From Octopus bimaculoides (Eukaryota), in the NCBI RefSeq assembly GCF_001194135.2, contig NC_068995.1, positions 34,866,308-34,930,307 on the forward strand: DNA of 64,000 nt, in the 5' to 3' direction. Below the pieces are notes generated by a model. The model did not search any database. It had not been told where the DNA came from and saw only the letters and a program-made list of their open reading frames with translations. Of the stretch, positions 52,783-64,000 are shown piece by piece. How positions within the stretch are numbered: the first letter of the stretch is position 1; every line of letters starts with the position of its first letter. A program made the translations under genes and the position numbers.

Positions 52783-53661
52783 TACATGGTCTGATCACTA
52801 AGTATCCGGACTCTTGCTGTAGTAACGAAGCTAAAGCACGGAGAGTAAAGCCGCGTGGCACAAATTGACATTGAACGCTGCTGTGCATGCACAGGAAGTT
52901 TTAGATTTCTAGCTCAATTCTGCTGTTTACAGCAGTGCTTGGAATCAAAGGTATGTAGCGTATGATCATCGAATTGACCATGACAGAGAAAGTTGTCATA
53001 GCGATACCTGCTCAGAGGTCTGCGCAAAGTTACAGAAAGTGTGTGGAGAAGAGCGTATGAGCCGCACACAAGTGTACGAGTGGTTCAGATTTTTCTAGGA
53101 TGGCCGAAAAATGTCGATATCGACGAACGTTCTGGGAGGTCTGCAACTAGCAGAACTGAGAAAAACATCGAAGATGTGCACGAAGTAGCGAGGGGAAATC
53201 GTCGAATTACCACCTGTGAGTTATCAAAGGATGAGCAGATTAGTTACGATTCAGTTCAGTCCATTATCACTGAAGATTTGGGTACAAGAGGTGTATCTGC
53301 CAAGTTTCAGCTGAACAAAATGAAATTCGGGTTTCAGTTGCACAAAATCTCTTCGAGTATGTTGAGAACGATAAAAACGTTTTGAAAACCTTCCTTAGGT
53401 CACTGAGTAGGTATTGCCAAGCTTTTGGCAAAATTCGATGCAGATTCTCTGTTGAACTTTCTCTGTCATGGTCAATGAGACAATCACACGCTACACACCT
53501 CCATTCTAAGCACTGCTGTAAACAGCGGAAGTGAACAAGATTGTTACAACGTGGTACAAATGCACCACAGAATTCAAGGTCAAGCTCTACTAAGCGACTT
53601 TACTCTGTGTGCTTTAGCTTCGTTACTATGGCAGCAGTCCTTATTGATCAGACGACGTGTA
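52783..53661 (+). mobile_element. Internally deleted mariner-family derivative with long bipartite inverted repeats
   Basis: Ends tacatggtctgatcactaag..gtaacgaagctaaagcac and gtgctttagcttcgttac..tgatcagacgacgtgta; inner IR gctgtttacagcagtgctt..gaccatgacagagaaagtt versus its complement at ~53455-53527; HTH remnant MSRTQVYEWF..DERSGR..RRIT..ISYDSVQSIITEDLG. Confidence 0.85.
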
Positions 53662-53671
53662 TGCGTGTGTG

Positions 53672-53702
<31 letters not shown>

Positions 53703-54559
53703 ACATGCATACATACACACATTACACACATACACACACATATATACATGCACAATGACGTCTGAAAAGGTAATAGACGCTATTATTTCTGGATGTATTT
53801 CAATACATAAGCAACTATTTAGTGCACATGCCTTGTGCATTTTTGAACGACTCAATCTGTTTGGTCATTGTACTAATGTGTAGTGAAATGGTATAATAAT
53901 GGACGTCTACTTTTGCGATATTAGTGCATATTTGCATACATATATATACCTGTATACATATGCATAGAAGTAAGTATATACATACATACAGACATATATA
54001 TATATATATATATATATATANNNNNNNNNNNNNNNNNNNNNNNNNNNNNNNNNNNNNNNNNNNNNNNNNNNNNNNNNNNNNNNNNNNNNNNNNNNNNNNN
54101 NNNNNNNNNNNNNNNNNNNNNNNNNNNNNNNNNNNNNNNNNNNNNNNNNNNNNNNNNNNNNNNNNNNNNNNNNNNNNNNNNNNNNNNNNNNNNNNNNNNN
54201 NNNNNNNNNNNNNNNNNNNNNNNNNNNNNNNNNNNNNNNNNNNNNNNNNNNNNNNNNNNNNNNNNNNNNNNNNNNNNNNNNNNNNNNNNNNNNNNNNNNN
54301 NNNNNNNNNNNNNNNNNNNNNNNNNNNNNNNNNNNNNNNNNNNNNNNNNNNNNNNNNNNNNNNNNNNNNNNNNNNNNNNNNNNNNNNNNNNNNNNNNNNN
54401 NNNNNNNNNNNNNNNNNNNNNNNNNNNNNNNNNNNNNNNNNNNNNNNNNNNNNNNNNNNNNNNNNNNNNNNGAATCTCAGACACCGATGTTTCGAGTTTA
54501 TTGACTCTTGTCAATGAAATGTACCTAAAAGAGACAACTCTGAACGAATTATATAAAGG

Positions 54560-55900
54560 TTAGGGTTTTATATATAATTCAGCCAACACATTGATTTGCA
54601 ATAGTAGATCGCCCGATCGAGAAAAATATCGGAGTAATGGCACGAAGAACCCCGTCAGAACCAACAACAGAGCCACCATCACCACCACCACCACTACCAC
54701 CACCACCATAGTGGACGTCTTTTGCGACGTCAACAGCAGCAACACCCCTGACACCCGCAAAGGCACCATCACGAACAGGAACATAGCCTTCAAGACCAGC
54801 GTTACCAACAGCTTCCCTTGTGTCCACAGTAGCAGAGCTGGCAACGTCCACACTGGCAGGACCGATTATAGCAGCAGTGCCGACACCAAATATATCTGTA
54901 AGAATACCACCAACGGCAGCAGCTTCCCTAGCAGGAGCACGGACATCAGCTCGACTAATGACGCCTCTGGCAGCAGTAACAGCGTCCTCGATAACCCGCA
55001 ACGGTGACAGTATTATGAACGTCACCCCCATCTCCACCTTCACCAACACCAACACCAATAGCCCGGGCTCCAGCAACAGCAAAGACATCGACAACAGCAG
55101 CAACAATTGCAGCAACAACAACATCTGCGACAACATCGAAAACATCGGCGGCATTAGTAACAACATAGACAGGTGCTTTACAGTCATTACCTCCAGCGAC
55201 ACCAACACCAGCAGCCCCAGCTGCACCATAAGCAGCAACATCATCAGCATCAACAACATCAACAGTATCAACAGTGGCAACAACATCATCGGCGACAGCA
55301 ACAATATTAACAGCAGCAGCAGCAGCAGCAGCATCAACATCAGAAACGCTATCGGCAGCCACTACCACACCAATTGCAGCAGCAGCCACAACAGCAACAA
55401 CAGTAGAAACAACAACAATAATAGATACCCCACCTATATCGTGCGTCCACGGAAATAGATTGTTTGTACCGGAAATTCATTCAAGAAACGTTATTCGAAG
55501 CAGGCATCCTCCTTCAGAGTCCCGGAAAACTCAGTCATGTTCGGCAACTAAAAGACGACGGAGTTCCACACTAGATCTCATGGAAAATCCTTGGAAACAC
55601 AGCAGGCCCCTACATTAACGGGACGAAGCGCTGATAGCTATTCATAGCTGAAAGCACGAGAATCCTAAGTGACCCACTGGAGCCAAGAGCTATATTTAAC
55701 TCCAGAACGGAGATTTTCGGGCCATGTCTACATTTTAGGAGATTTCTGCTGGCCCAACGGGAGAGGGAGAAAATACCGTATTGTTTATCCGTATAACTGA
55801 TCGAAGGAAGCAAGACCGGAAGTGGATTACCAAAGAAAGATAATTCAGACGTTTCCCCTCCTTATTTTAAAGAGGTCATAGGCCAACAGGTCTTGGGGTC
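54560..55900 (+). mobile_element. Penelope-like element with ~850 nt low-complexity segment before GIY-YIG
   Basis: CTGNSFKKRYSKQASSFR and LSHVRQLKDDGVPH*ISWKIL..GPYINGTKR..IFNSRTEIFGPCLHFRRFLLA match the Penelope endonuclease C-terminus; preceded by ACC/AAC/AGC-rich DNA. Confidence 0.7.
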
Positions 55901-55974
55901 TAAAGATACGCCATAAAGTTAAACCTTTTATGGAGAGGAAACCCAGGTTTACCCCATAAACCTGCCTTTACCAG

Positions 55975-56022
<48 letters not shown>

Positions 56023-56900
56023 TTATGATTTGCAGTTTGGTTATGTATATACACATTATATAATAAATGGGAAATATATTTAAGTACACACATACATATT
56101 TCAATATAAGATTTATTGTATGTTATACAAACACTAATTGTTGCATATATACTTATAAAATGTTTGCATATAAAAAAGAAAATATGTATATTAGATCAAA
56201 AATGTTACCACATAAGGTGACGCAAAGAAAACTTTGTCTATTAAAACATCAGTGTAAATATCATTATTTACTGAAATCTACTTGTGATATGAAATATATA
56301 AGACTTTTCTAGATGTTCTATGCATCGTGTGGTATTTGGTGCATTTGATATTTATGTTGTGCATGCGCAGTGCTGATTTTGATTTGTTTCTCACATGTTT
56401 TGCAAATGAGAAGGGGCAACATTTACTTCATTTGTCACATCTCAAACATGCATGTAGTTTACTTACGAAAAATAAATTAGACAATTAAATTTAATTTATT
56501 GATTAAACTATAATGCGTGGCAATTTCATGTTATTCACTTTTGTTATATTTGTGATATATTGGCAGACTTTGCTTTGTTTGAATGAAAACATGTCCTCGC
56601 TGTGTGTCATTACCAATTTATTTAAACGGAAGCTTATTAGTTTTAAATAAACTGTAAATAATTCATTAAAAGTTATCTGAATCAACAGTAAAATAACTCC
56701 ATTATCAGGGTTACTCAAATATTAAAAAAAAAACCCCAGTATTTACCGATCTATTAAACGCTCCACAAATACGTAATCAATACGCAAACTGTGAATGAAA
56801 AAAAATTCAGATTCTCTCATATCACAAGACTTTGAAATATGTATGTATGTATGTATGTATGTATGAATGCAAGTATGCATGTATGTATGCATGATATCCA

Positions 56901-56939
<39 letters not shown>

Positions 56940-56964
56940 TATATACATATATATGTATGTATAT

Positions 56965-57260
56965 ATGGAAAACAAACTTCAACCAGCTATTCTGATTATA
57001 TGTCTGTGCACACGTTTGAATGTGGTGTGTGCCAGAGGGTTTGCAAATCCAATGGAGGTCTTAAAAGACATGTTAGGATCCACAATGAGCAGAACTTACT
57101 TGCAGGTATTGGTAGTGCAAATCAGAGGTGCAATCTGTGTGAGTGTTTTTTCAAAACACTGTCTGGTTTAAAAATCCACATCAGACGTTGTGAAAGGGCT
57201 AAGGTGTAGGTGCAGGAGGTGGTCAAACTCTGTGTAAGGAGTAGACAACCACCACCATAT
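56965..57260 (+). mobile_element. LINE (probably RTE-type) 3' end encoding two C2H2-type zinc fingers
   Basis: FECGVCQRVCKSNGGLKRHVRIH and CNLCECFFKTLSGLKIHIRRC, stop at 57209, short 3' UTR ending accaccaccat then (AT)n; no TGEKP linker. Confidence 0.6.
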
Positions 57261-57283
57261 ATATATATATATATATAAATACT

Positions 57284-57345
57284 TTTGTTATTTACACCAC
57301 CTGTCCTCGTCTGTTGTTATTATTTGTATATTCTCCCATATATAT
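57284..57345 (+). repeat. Second copy of the PLE-terminal segment seen at ~6230-6290
   Basis: Near-identical ttttgttatttacaccacctgtcctcgtctgttgttattatttgtatattctcccatata. Confidence 0.85.
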
Positions 57346-57670
57346 ATATATATATATATATTCAGTTAACCGAGCTGGCAAAGTGAGTAATCCTGCGACG
57401 GACCGATGGTGTTTGTCCATGTGTGGAACATATGTGCCATGGAAACCGGGTAACTGGCTCTATGAGTGCATATGACTCGGGCAGTATCTTTATCCTATAC
57501 CCTGTATGTATATTTATATATGTGAGTGTTTTTCGTGTCTGTGTACGTGTCTGTGTATATTTCTTCAAAATTTCCCTTCTGATGTTGGCGATAGCGATAT
57601 ATTTCTTCAAAGCTATAACAACTCTGCTTTGGAGTTGTGTATATCTGTAATCAGTTTATACGCTCATACA

Positions 57671-57702
<32 letters not shown>

Positions 57703-59299
57703 CTTGTGTGTGTGCGAGCGTGTAAAATGGATTGGCATAGTTTTATTTCAGAAAACTTTACAATACTTAAAACGGTTTCTTCAGTATTTGGAATAATTCA
57801 GAAATGAACTGTGGTAATATATAAGTAAAAATGTTCAGAAATACGCCTGCATACGCTCAACGACCTCTACATCGAAATTTGAATTTTGCAGACAAAATAT
57901 ATTTATCTGTCCATTACCATCCACTAGAGATTTGATATTTCTATCTATTCAAATGCGAATCATATATTTTGTCATCCTTATCATATACGTGAATCATTTT
58001 TGAGAATTGGCACTTCATGAACATTTACTACCATAGCATGAATTATTTTAAATATAAGTTTATCTTTTGTAGTGTGGCAAATATAGTATGAAAATAAAAT
58101 TAGCCAGTTGCTATTTGGAACATTTCCAATAAATAACGCAGAAACTTTGTTGAAGGAATCGAAAATATCGGTTCTTATATACAGTTCAGAGAGAGAAAGA
58201 GAAAGTACGAGAGAGGGAGAAAGAGAAAGATCTAGTGAAAAAGAGAGAAAGAAAGCGAGTGAGAGAGAGTAAAGGAGAGACTGAGAAGAGAGAGAGTGAG
58301 AGAGAGAGAGAGATAGAGAGAGAGGGTAAAAAGAGAAAAATCATGAAGAAGACAGAGCTCACAAGTTCTGGAGCAATTCAAGTAGAGATCAGAGGTACTA
58401 TTTAGCGCTTACTTCTCACTGTACCTGCAAGGTAGAAGATAATGAAAACTAATATTTTACTAGAATGCATAAATATTTGTGTTTACAAGATTAACAATTA
58501 GATAGAAAAGATCATGTACGTATTCATACTGAAAGAGTTTATTTTCACAAGGCTTCGGAAGTAATGAGACTTGTGATGCAACTGTGACTCAACTACATGC
58601 CGTTTCATTAAGTATACTGGTAGTATTCGCAGAAACACTTAAACTGTGGGTTGGTCTATCTTGTCCTTTGACACATAATGTATCCTTTAACGTACAGTCT
58701 TATGATGCGGGCTTGGAATTAAATATACGAAAAGGATTATACATCATACACGTTTTTTTGTTTAGACAGATTACGACGTACATGTTATGTCTGTATTGCG
58801 AGGCACATGTTATGTCTATATTGCGATGATTGGCTATTCATTTCGAGAAGTACGAATCGTTATCCGATGAGTTATACGTGGATGTCGTTCAACAACAGGT
58901 CATATTTCAAACAAATATAAATGCATTTACATTTTTGGACACATCTATCGATTTAGTTACTAGAAAATAGCCATCGTCGAAAATAGTTACTAGAAAATAG
59001 ACATCGTAAGTGAATCTAACAATAAATTACAAAAATACTATAAATTGCAGCACTGACTAACGGTTCTAGTAAATTTAGTTTATAAAGTTAAGAAGCACAT
59101 ATCCAATAAATTGACTGACGAGTAATCTTTTAATCGACGATTCAATTTAACTGTGAGTAATAACAGATAGGGTATACAGAGAAAGTCATAAAAGTTTATA
59201 AAAGTGAAAACAACAGAAAATTGGATATTCTATCATGTAGGCATTCATATAGCTGCAGATTTGTTGGGCAATATATATTCGTCGCTTCACGCTTTTTGT

Positions 59300-60200
59300 T
59301 TCATGCTGTTACTAGTTGAGGCTGGGTTTGTCCCAGGTTAGGAGTCTGAGAAGCGTCACCTGGCGAAGATATTGTCCGGGATGGGGAGGGAGTGATGCTT
59401 TTGTGGTTTCTGCAGACGAGTTTGTTGCACTTCCATTTTCAGAAGGGAAGGATGTTGTCCCTGCCAGTTATTTGAGAGCCACTCTGACACCTATACTTGG
59501 TTATTGATGCGTACGAGCCACAAGATCATGTTTTCTCCTCCAGCCTTCAACATAACCGCGGAGACAATGCAGATTCCAGGGACTTTGTGGTTGTTGAATT
59601 TCTTCTTCTGACTTCATCGGTGGGTGAAAGTATCGAGTCTGTACGTGACGTTGGTTGCGGCTGTGGCTACAATGATGATTTGGCTGGGATCAATTATGAT
59701 GAAGAAGAAGACCAAAATGCTCATAGTTTTCGAGGCAAGCAGTATCCGTGATGATGACGTTGCCATTGGTATCCTTCACTAGGGCTGTGTTGCAATGGGG
59801 ACTGGTGGAGGGTTTGCAGAGCATGTTGAACACCTAGCAGATACCATTTTTCATTGTCGCTGCCTCCGGGCAGTCCGCTTCTTCCGACCAGAACTTCTTC
59901 CGACCAGAACTTCTGCCGATCATCTGTGATGACCTTTTTGTGTATATGGTTGAGCCGGCCGTACTCATTCATTTCGTCGCGCAGGCGAGGCTTGCGACGG
60001 CAGTTGATTTATTCTGCTCGTTGTCGTAAGATGTTGAGGGTTGGATTTTTGGACTCCTACATAGTAGTGAGATGAAGGGACTGCTATCTTGGCGATGTGC
60101 TGAGGCGCCGCGTGTCACCATTAGTCGGCTGTGACTCTACCAAGAGCAAATCTCCAGGCTGTAAGACTCTGGGATGTTTAGAACATGCAATATTACTCAC
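59300..60200 (-). mobile_element. Decayed RTE-clade LINE fragment (linker and RT N-terminus)
   Basis: RLRDEMNEYGRLNHI..KFWSE, VKDTNGNVI, TPDEVRR, K(S)PGICIVSAVMLKAGGENMILWLVRI, LPFxK(W)K..NH.SITL..IPG. Confidence 0.8.
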
Positions 60201-60236
60201 TTTAAGAGGCGAGACTCAGGAGGGGAACAATATACA

Positions 60237-60293
<57 letters not shown>

Positions 60294-60470
60294 GTCTGTC
60301 TGTATGTCTGTCTGTCTGTCTCTGTGTCTGCCTGCCTGCCTCTCTGCCTACCTGTCTGTCAGTCTGTCTGTATGTCTATCTGTCTGTCTGTCTGTCTGTC
60401 TATCTGTCTGTCTGTCTGTCCGTCTGTATGTATGTATATATATATATATATATATATATTTATTTATACA
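60237..60470. repeat. (TATC)n>(TGTC)n>(TGCC)>(TA)n compound microsatellite
   Basis: Direct reading. Confidence 0.95.
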
Positions 60471-60839
60471 CACACACATAAGTATGTATGTATGCAGGTA
60501 GATAGATATATTAAAAATAAAATAACTCAACAATATGAAATATCTGAAGTCCACATACTAAGTAAAAACCATCTTATCAAGAGCTCTCATCTACTGACTA
60601 CTGTTCCAATTTAGAAAGTTCTGTAACGTCTGTGTGTGTGTTTACATGTCGGTGTTACGTCATATCTATTTATGTGCTATAGCATATTACTTCCACGAAT
60701 AAATATCTTTACAATAAATCAACAATATGAAATATCTACAAAGGTCTAAGGTCCATAGATCAACTAACACTTAGTCATTGCGTTGTAGCGGTAGCCAGCA
60801 GAAGCATGGAAATTTTAAAGAATAGTTATTATATTAGTC

Positions 60840-61110
60840 CTAATATTAACGGAAGTGTTTTAACGTTATTAAGACAACCACTTCCCACTAGATTATAAAT
60901 AGAAAAGCTTTTTCCGCAAATTTTCCTGTTCTATTGAAAATGCTTTTATTATTAACACAAAAAACAACGCTATCTTCACCCTGAAAAGAACATCTTATTC
61001 TGAAGCGTTACTTTACCGGGCAAAGAACTCTCTTGCAAAGAACAAAGAATAATAACAGAATATATGGCTTACTAAGAACACTTAACTAGCATCTGTGACT
61101 GTGGAAACTA
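60840..61110 (+). mobile_element. Heavily decayed Penelope-like fragment
   Basis: DNHFPLDYK*KSFFRKFSCSIEN resembles KHFP..KIFN..YSC.EN; LLYRAK and (Y)GL.KNT resemble the GIY-YIG region; a hammerhead-like motif follows. Confidence 0.4.
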
Positions 61111-61158
61111 TAAATAGATACATGCCACAATTATCTTTATGGGAAAAAATGAAATATC

Positions 61159-61201
61159 GATCTCTGATGAAGTTGAAAAAGGAGCTGAAACCTGTCATAT
61201 C
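61159..61201 (+). ncRNA. Degenerate minimal type I hammerhead motif
   Basis: GATCT-CTGATGA-AGTT(gaaaaagg)AGCT-GAAAC-ct-GTC|ATATC; stem I 4/5 paired. Confidence 0.5.
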
Positions 61202-61695
61202 AAACTCAAAATTTTGATAGTGATTTTAAAGGTTGAATTCAGAAAAAAACTGGCTTACACAATTACTAAATTATCGATGGTCACCCTCAAGCATGTACGC
61301 ACTAAAGACAAATACTCTTAAATTTATTAAATGTATACATTACACTACTTAAGTTTATGTCCCAACTGTATTTATCTTTAGCTGTATAGGACTTCTATTT
61401 TAAAATTATTTTTGTTTCCAGCATCTGAACCAGTATTAAAGTCGGAATAGTCAATTTACATTTTTTTTGTATATATTATACACCTAGATGTATACTACTA
61501 TTCTTTAATCTAAAAAATAAATACACGACATCTGATGAAGTGGTAAAAATACTGAAAATTGCTAAGGAGATATATATATTTTACTAACCATGATTTAACA
61601 AGACTATCTATTTTTCAAAACGTATGTTTACTACAACTATTTACAAGCTAGTTAAAGAACTCTTACTATATACATAAATTCGCACAGATAACTGA

Positions 61696-61733
<38 letters not shown>

Positions 61734-62337
61734 GTATCTATCTATCTATGTATCTATCTATTTATTTTTCTACAAACACACAGGCGCGCGCCCACACGTT
61801 GATTGATAAATATACTGAGACTTAAGTGCTGATTATTACATTGTTGGTATTCTGCAAAAGTTATACCTGTAAATGATCAGTAACTATTTGATTATTTACA
61901 TGATATGCCGAATCTCATACATAATATCAAGTCCCCTGCTGAAACAGATTTCCGATCGACAGTATAGTCAGTTGGACTGTGTAAAAGTTGAGGCCTAGAA
62001 TCGTATAAATAATTCATAACAAAATATAGCTTTTAAAGGAATTAAAAGGAATTCATAAAAAATAAGTTCAAATACCGTCACAGTTACCACAATTCCTCTA
62101 AGATCGAAAATGCTAATAATTTCAAAACCACAGAGACATGTTCTATCATTAATAAAGGCACATCATATTTCAGTGGAGCACGAAAATGAGGTCTTGTTTA
62201 ACTGAAAAGAAGCAACTATTGAAGAACTCCGTGAAAATCAAAGATCACAAAAACAAGGTTTCCAGATCTCCGCAATCGCTTTTTTTCAAACATTGAATAT
62301 ACTCAGCATATGCGTTATTTCTTACATATTCGTTCTT

Positions 62338-62394
<57 letters not shown>

Positions 62395-62433
62395 ATATCT
62401 AGCTAGCTAGCTACTTAGCTATCTTTCCAGCTC

Positions 62434-62527
<94 letters not shown>

Positions 62528-62548
62528 GTAGTAGTAGTAGTAGTAGTA
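62434..62548. repeat. (AAT)11-agt-(ATT)19 inverted microsatellite followed by (AGT)n
   Basis: Direct reading. Confidence 0.95.
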
Positions 62549-63336
62549 AACAATTTTAATCTGATTATCGTCTNNNNNNNNNNNNNNNNNNNNNNNNNNN
62601 NNNNNNNNNNNNNNNNNNNNNNNNNNNNNNNNNNNNNNNNNNNNNNNNNNNNNNNNNNNNNNNNNNNNNNNNNNNNNNNNNNNNNNNNNNNNNNNNNNNN
62701 NNNNNNNNNNNNNNNNNNNNNNNNNNNNNNNNNNNNNNNNNNNNNNNNNNNNNNNNNNNNNNNNNNNNNNNNNNNNNNNNNNNNNNNNNNNNNNNNNNNN
62801 NNNNNNNNNNNNNNNNNNNNNNNNNNNNNNNNNNNNNNNNNNNNNNNNNNNNNNNNNNNNNNNNNNNNNNNNNNNNNNNNNNNNNNNNNNNNNNNNNNNN
62901 NNNNNNNNNNNNNNNNNNNNNNNNNNNNNNNNNNNNNNNNNNNNNNNNNNNNNNNNNNNNNNNNNNNNNNNNNNNNNNNNNNNNNNNNNNNNNNNNNNNN
63001 NNNNNNNNNNNNNNNNNNNNNNNNNNNNNNNNNNNNNNNNNNNNNNNNNNNNNNNNNNNNNNNNNNNNNNNNNNNNNNNNNNNNNNNNNNNNNNNNNNNN
63101 NNNNNNNNNNNNNNNNNNNNNNNNNNNNNNNNNNNNNNNNNNNNNNNNNNNNNNNNNNNNNNNNNNNNNNNNNNNNNNNNNNNNNNNNNNNNNNNNNNNN
63201 NNNNNNNNNNNNNNNNNNNNNNNNNNNNNNNNNNNNNNNNNNNNNNNNNNNNNNNNNNNNNNNNNNNNNNNNNNNNNNNNNNNNNNNNNNNNNNNNNNNN
63301 NNNNNNNNNNNNNNNNNNNNNNNNNNNNNNNNNNNN

Positions 63337-63370
<34 letters not shown>

Positions 63371-63377
63371 ATATATA

Positions 63378-63540
63378 TACGCAACGGGCTTCTTTCAGTT
63401 CTCGTCTACCAAATCAAAAGGATTTGGTCAGCCCGAGGCTATACTAGAAAACACTTTGCAGAATGTACCACGCAGTGGAGCTGAACCCGGAACCATGTGG
63501 CTGGGAAGCAAACTTCTTAACACAGAGCCACTCATGCACC
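63378..63540 (-). mobile_element. tRNA-derived SINE, full length
   Basis: Reverse complement ggtgcatgagtggctctgtgttaagaagtttgcttcccagccacatggttccgggttcagctcc..tagcctcgggctgacc..tttggtagacgagaactgaaagaagcccgttgcgtatatat. Confidence 0.85.
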
Positions 63541-63965
63541 TATATACATAAATATTTTCAATATGTGAAGATATGAGCGTGTGCGAGAAATTATTTCACA
63601 ACTATAAAAGTCGAGGAAAGACAATACGAAAATGCCTGTGCGATATTGCTAAGCTTGTGATATTATATAACTTCCGGTAGTCATAACACCAGAATCTACA
63701 GTTAGAATAATGGCAGCTATCAATAGTGCTTGTAATAATATCATTATGTAAATGAATTCAAACCCGTTTCCATATTGTCGTTTGTTTCTGTGCTACACAT
63801 CAGGAAATTCAACATTGGCCACATATCTATTGACAAAGAGATACCATTTGATATTGGAATGCTGGCTAAGATCGACTCGGTTTAAGCTTCCAGAGAGGAA
63901 AGAAAAACACAAGCCTAGATTGTTTCTGAAAAAAATGTGCATTCACACAAACACGCGAACACACT

Positions 63966-64000
<35 letters not shown>

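Noticed and set aside
57000-57209. Host C2H2 zinc-finger gene
   Set aside because: No TGEKP linker and no splice context; the LINE-type 3' UTR and tail favour a retroelement end.
61532-61565. Additional hammerhead candidates (also ctgatcga..ccggaag at ~55797)
   Set aside because: Core fragments are present but there is no stem I/III pairing or the core is broken; at best dead relics.

Overview
AT-rich, gap-riddled eukaryotic non-coding DNA dominated by microsatellites and decayed transposable elements. The SINE families and (TA)/(CA)/(TATG)/(TAA) microsatellite load point to an octopod cephalopod (Octopus-like); this is inference. I found no intact host gene, tRNA/rRNA gene or CRISPR array. 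Most long ORFs in the supplied track are artefacts of N-gaps or simple repeats. Manual translation across stops and frameshifts shows: five R4/Dong-type (RLE) LINE pieces, four of them abutting (TAA)n arrays; a HERO-like LINE; CR1-like, Tx1/L1-like and RTE-like LINE pieces; six or seven Penelope-like element (PLE) fragments with GIY-YIG endonuclease or RT remnants; a full-length 1.28 kb mariner with TIRs, a mariner derivative and a MITE; several tRNA-derived SINEs; and a possible F-box/LRR pseudogene. The most interesting unannotated layer is RNA structure: at least five type I hammerhead-ribozyme-like motifs. Two have intact cores, perfect stem I and a shared extra nucleotide before GAAA, and others belong to a 'zero-loop stem III' variant family. 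Several lie next to PLE remnants. All family calls come from motif recognition, not database searches, and element boundaries are approximate.
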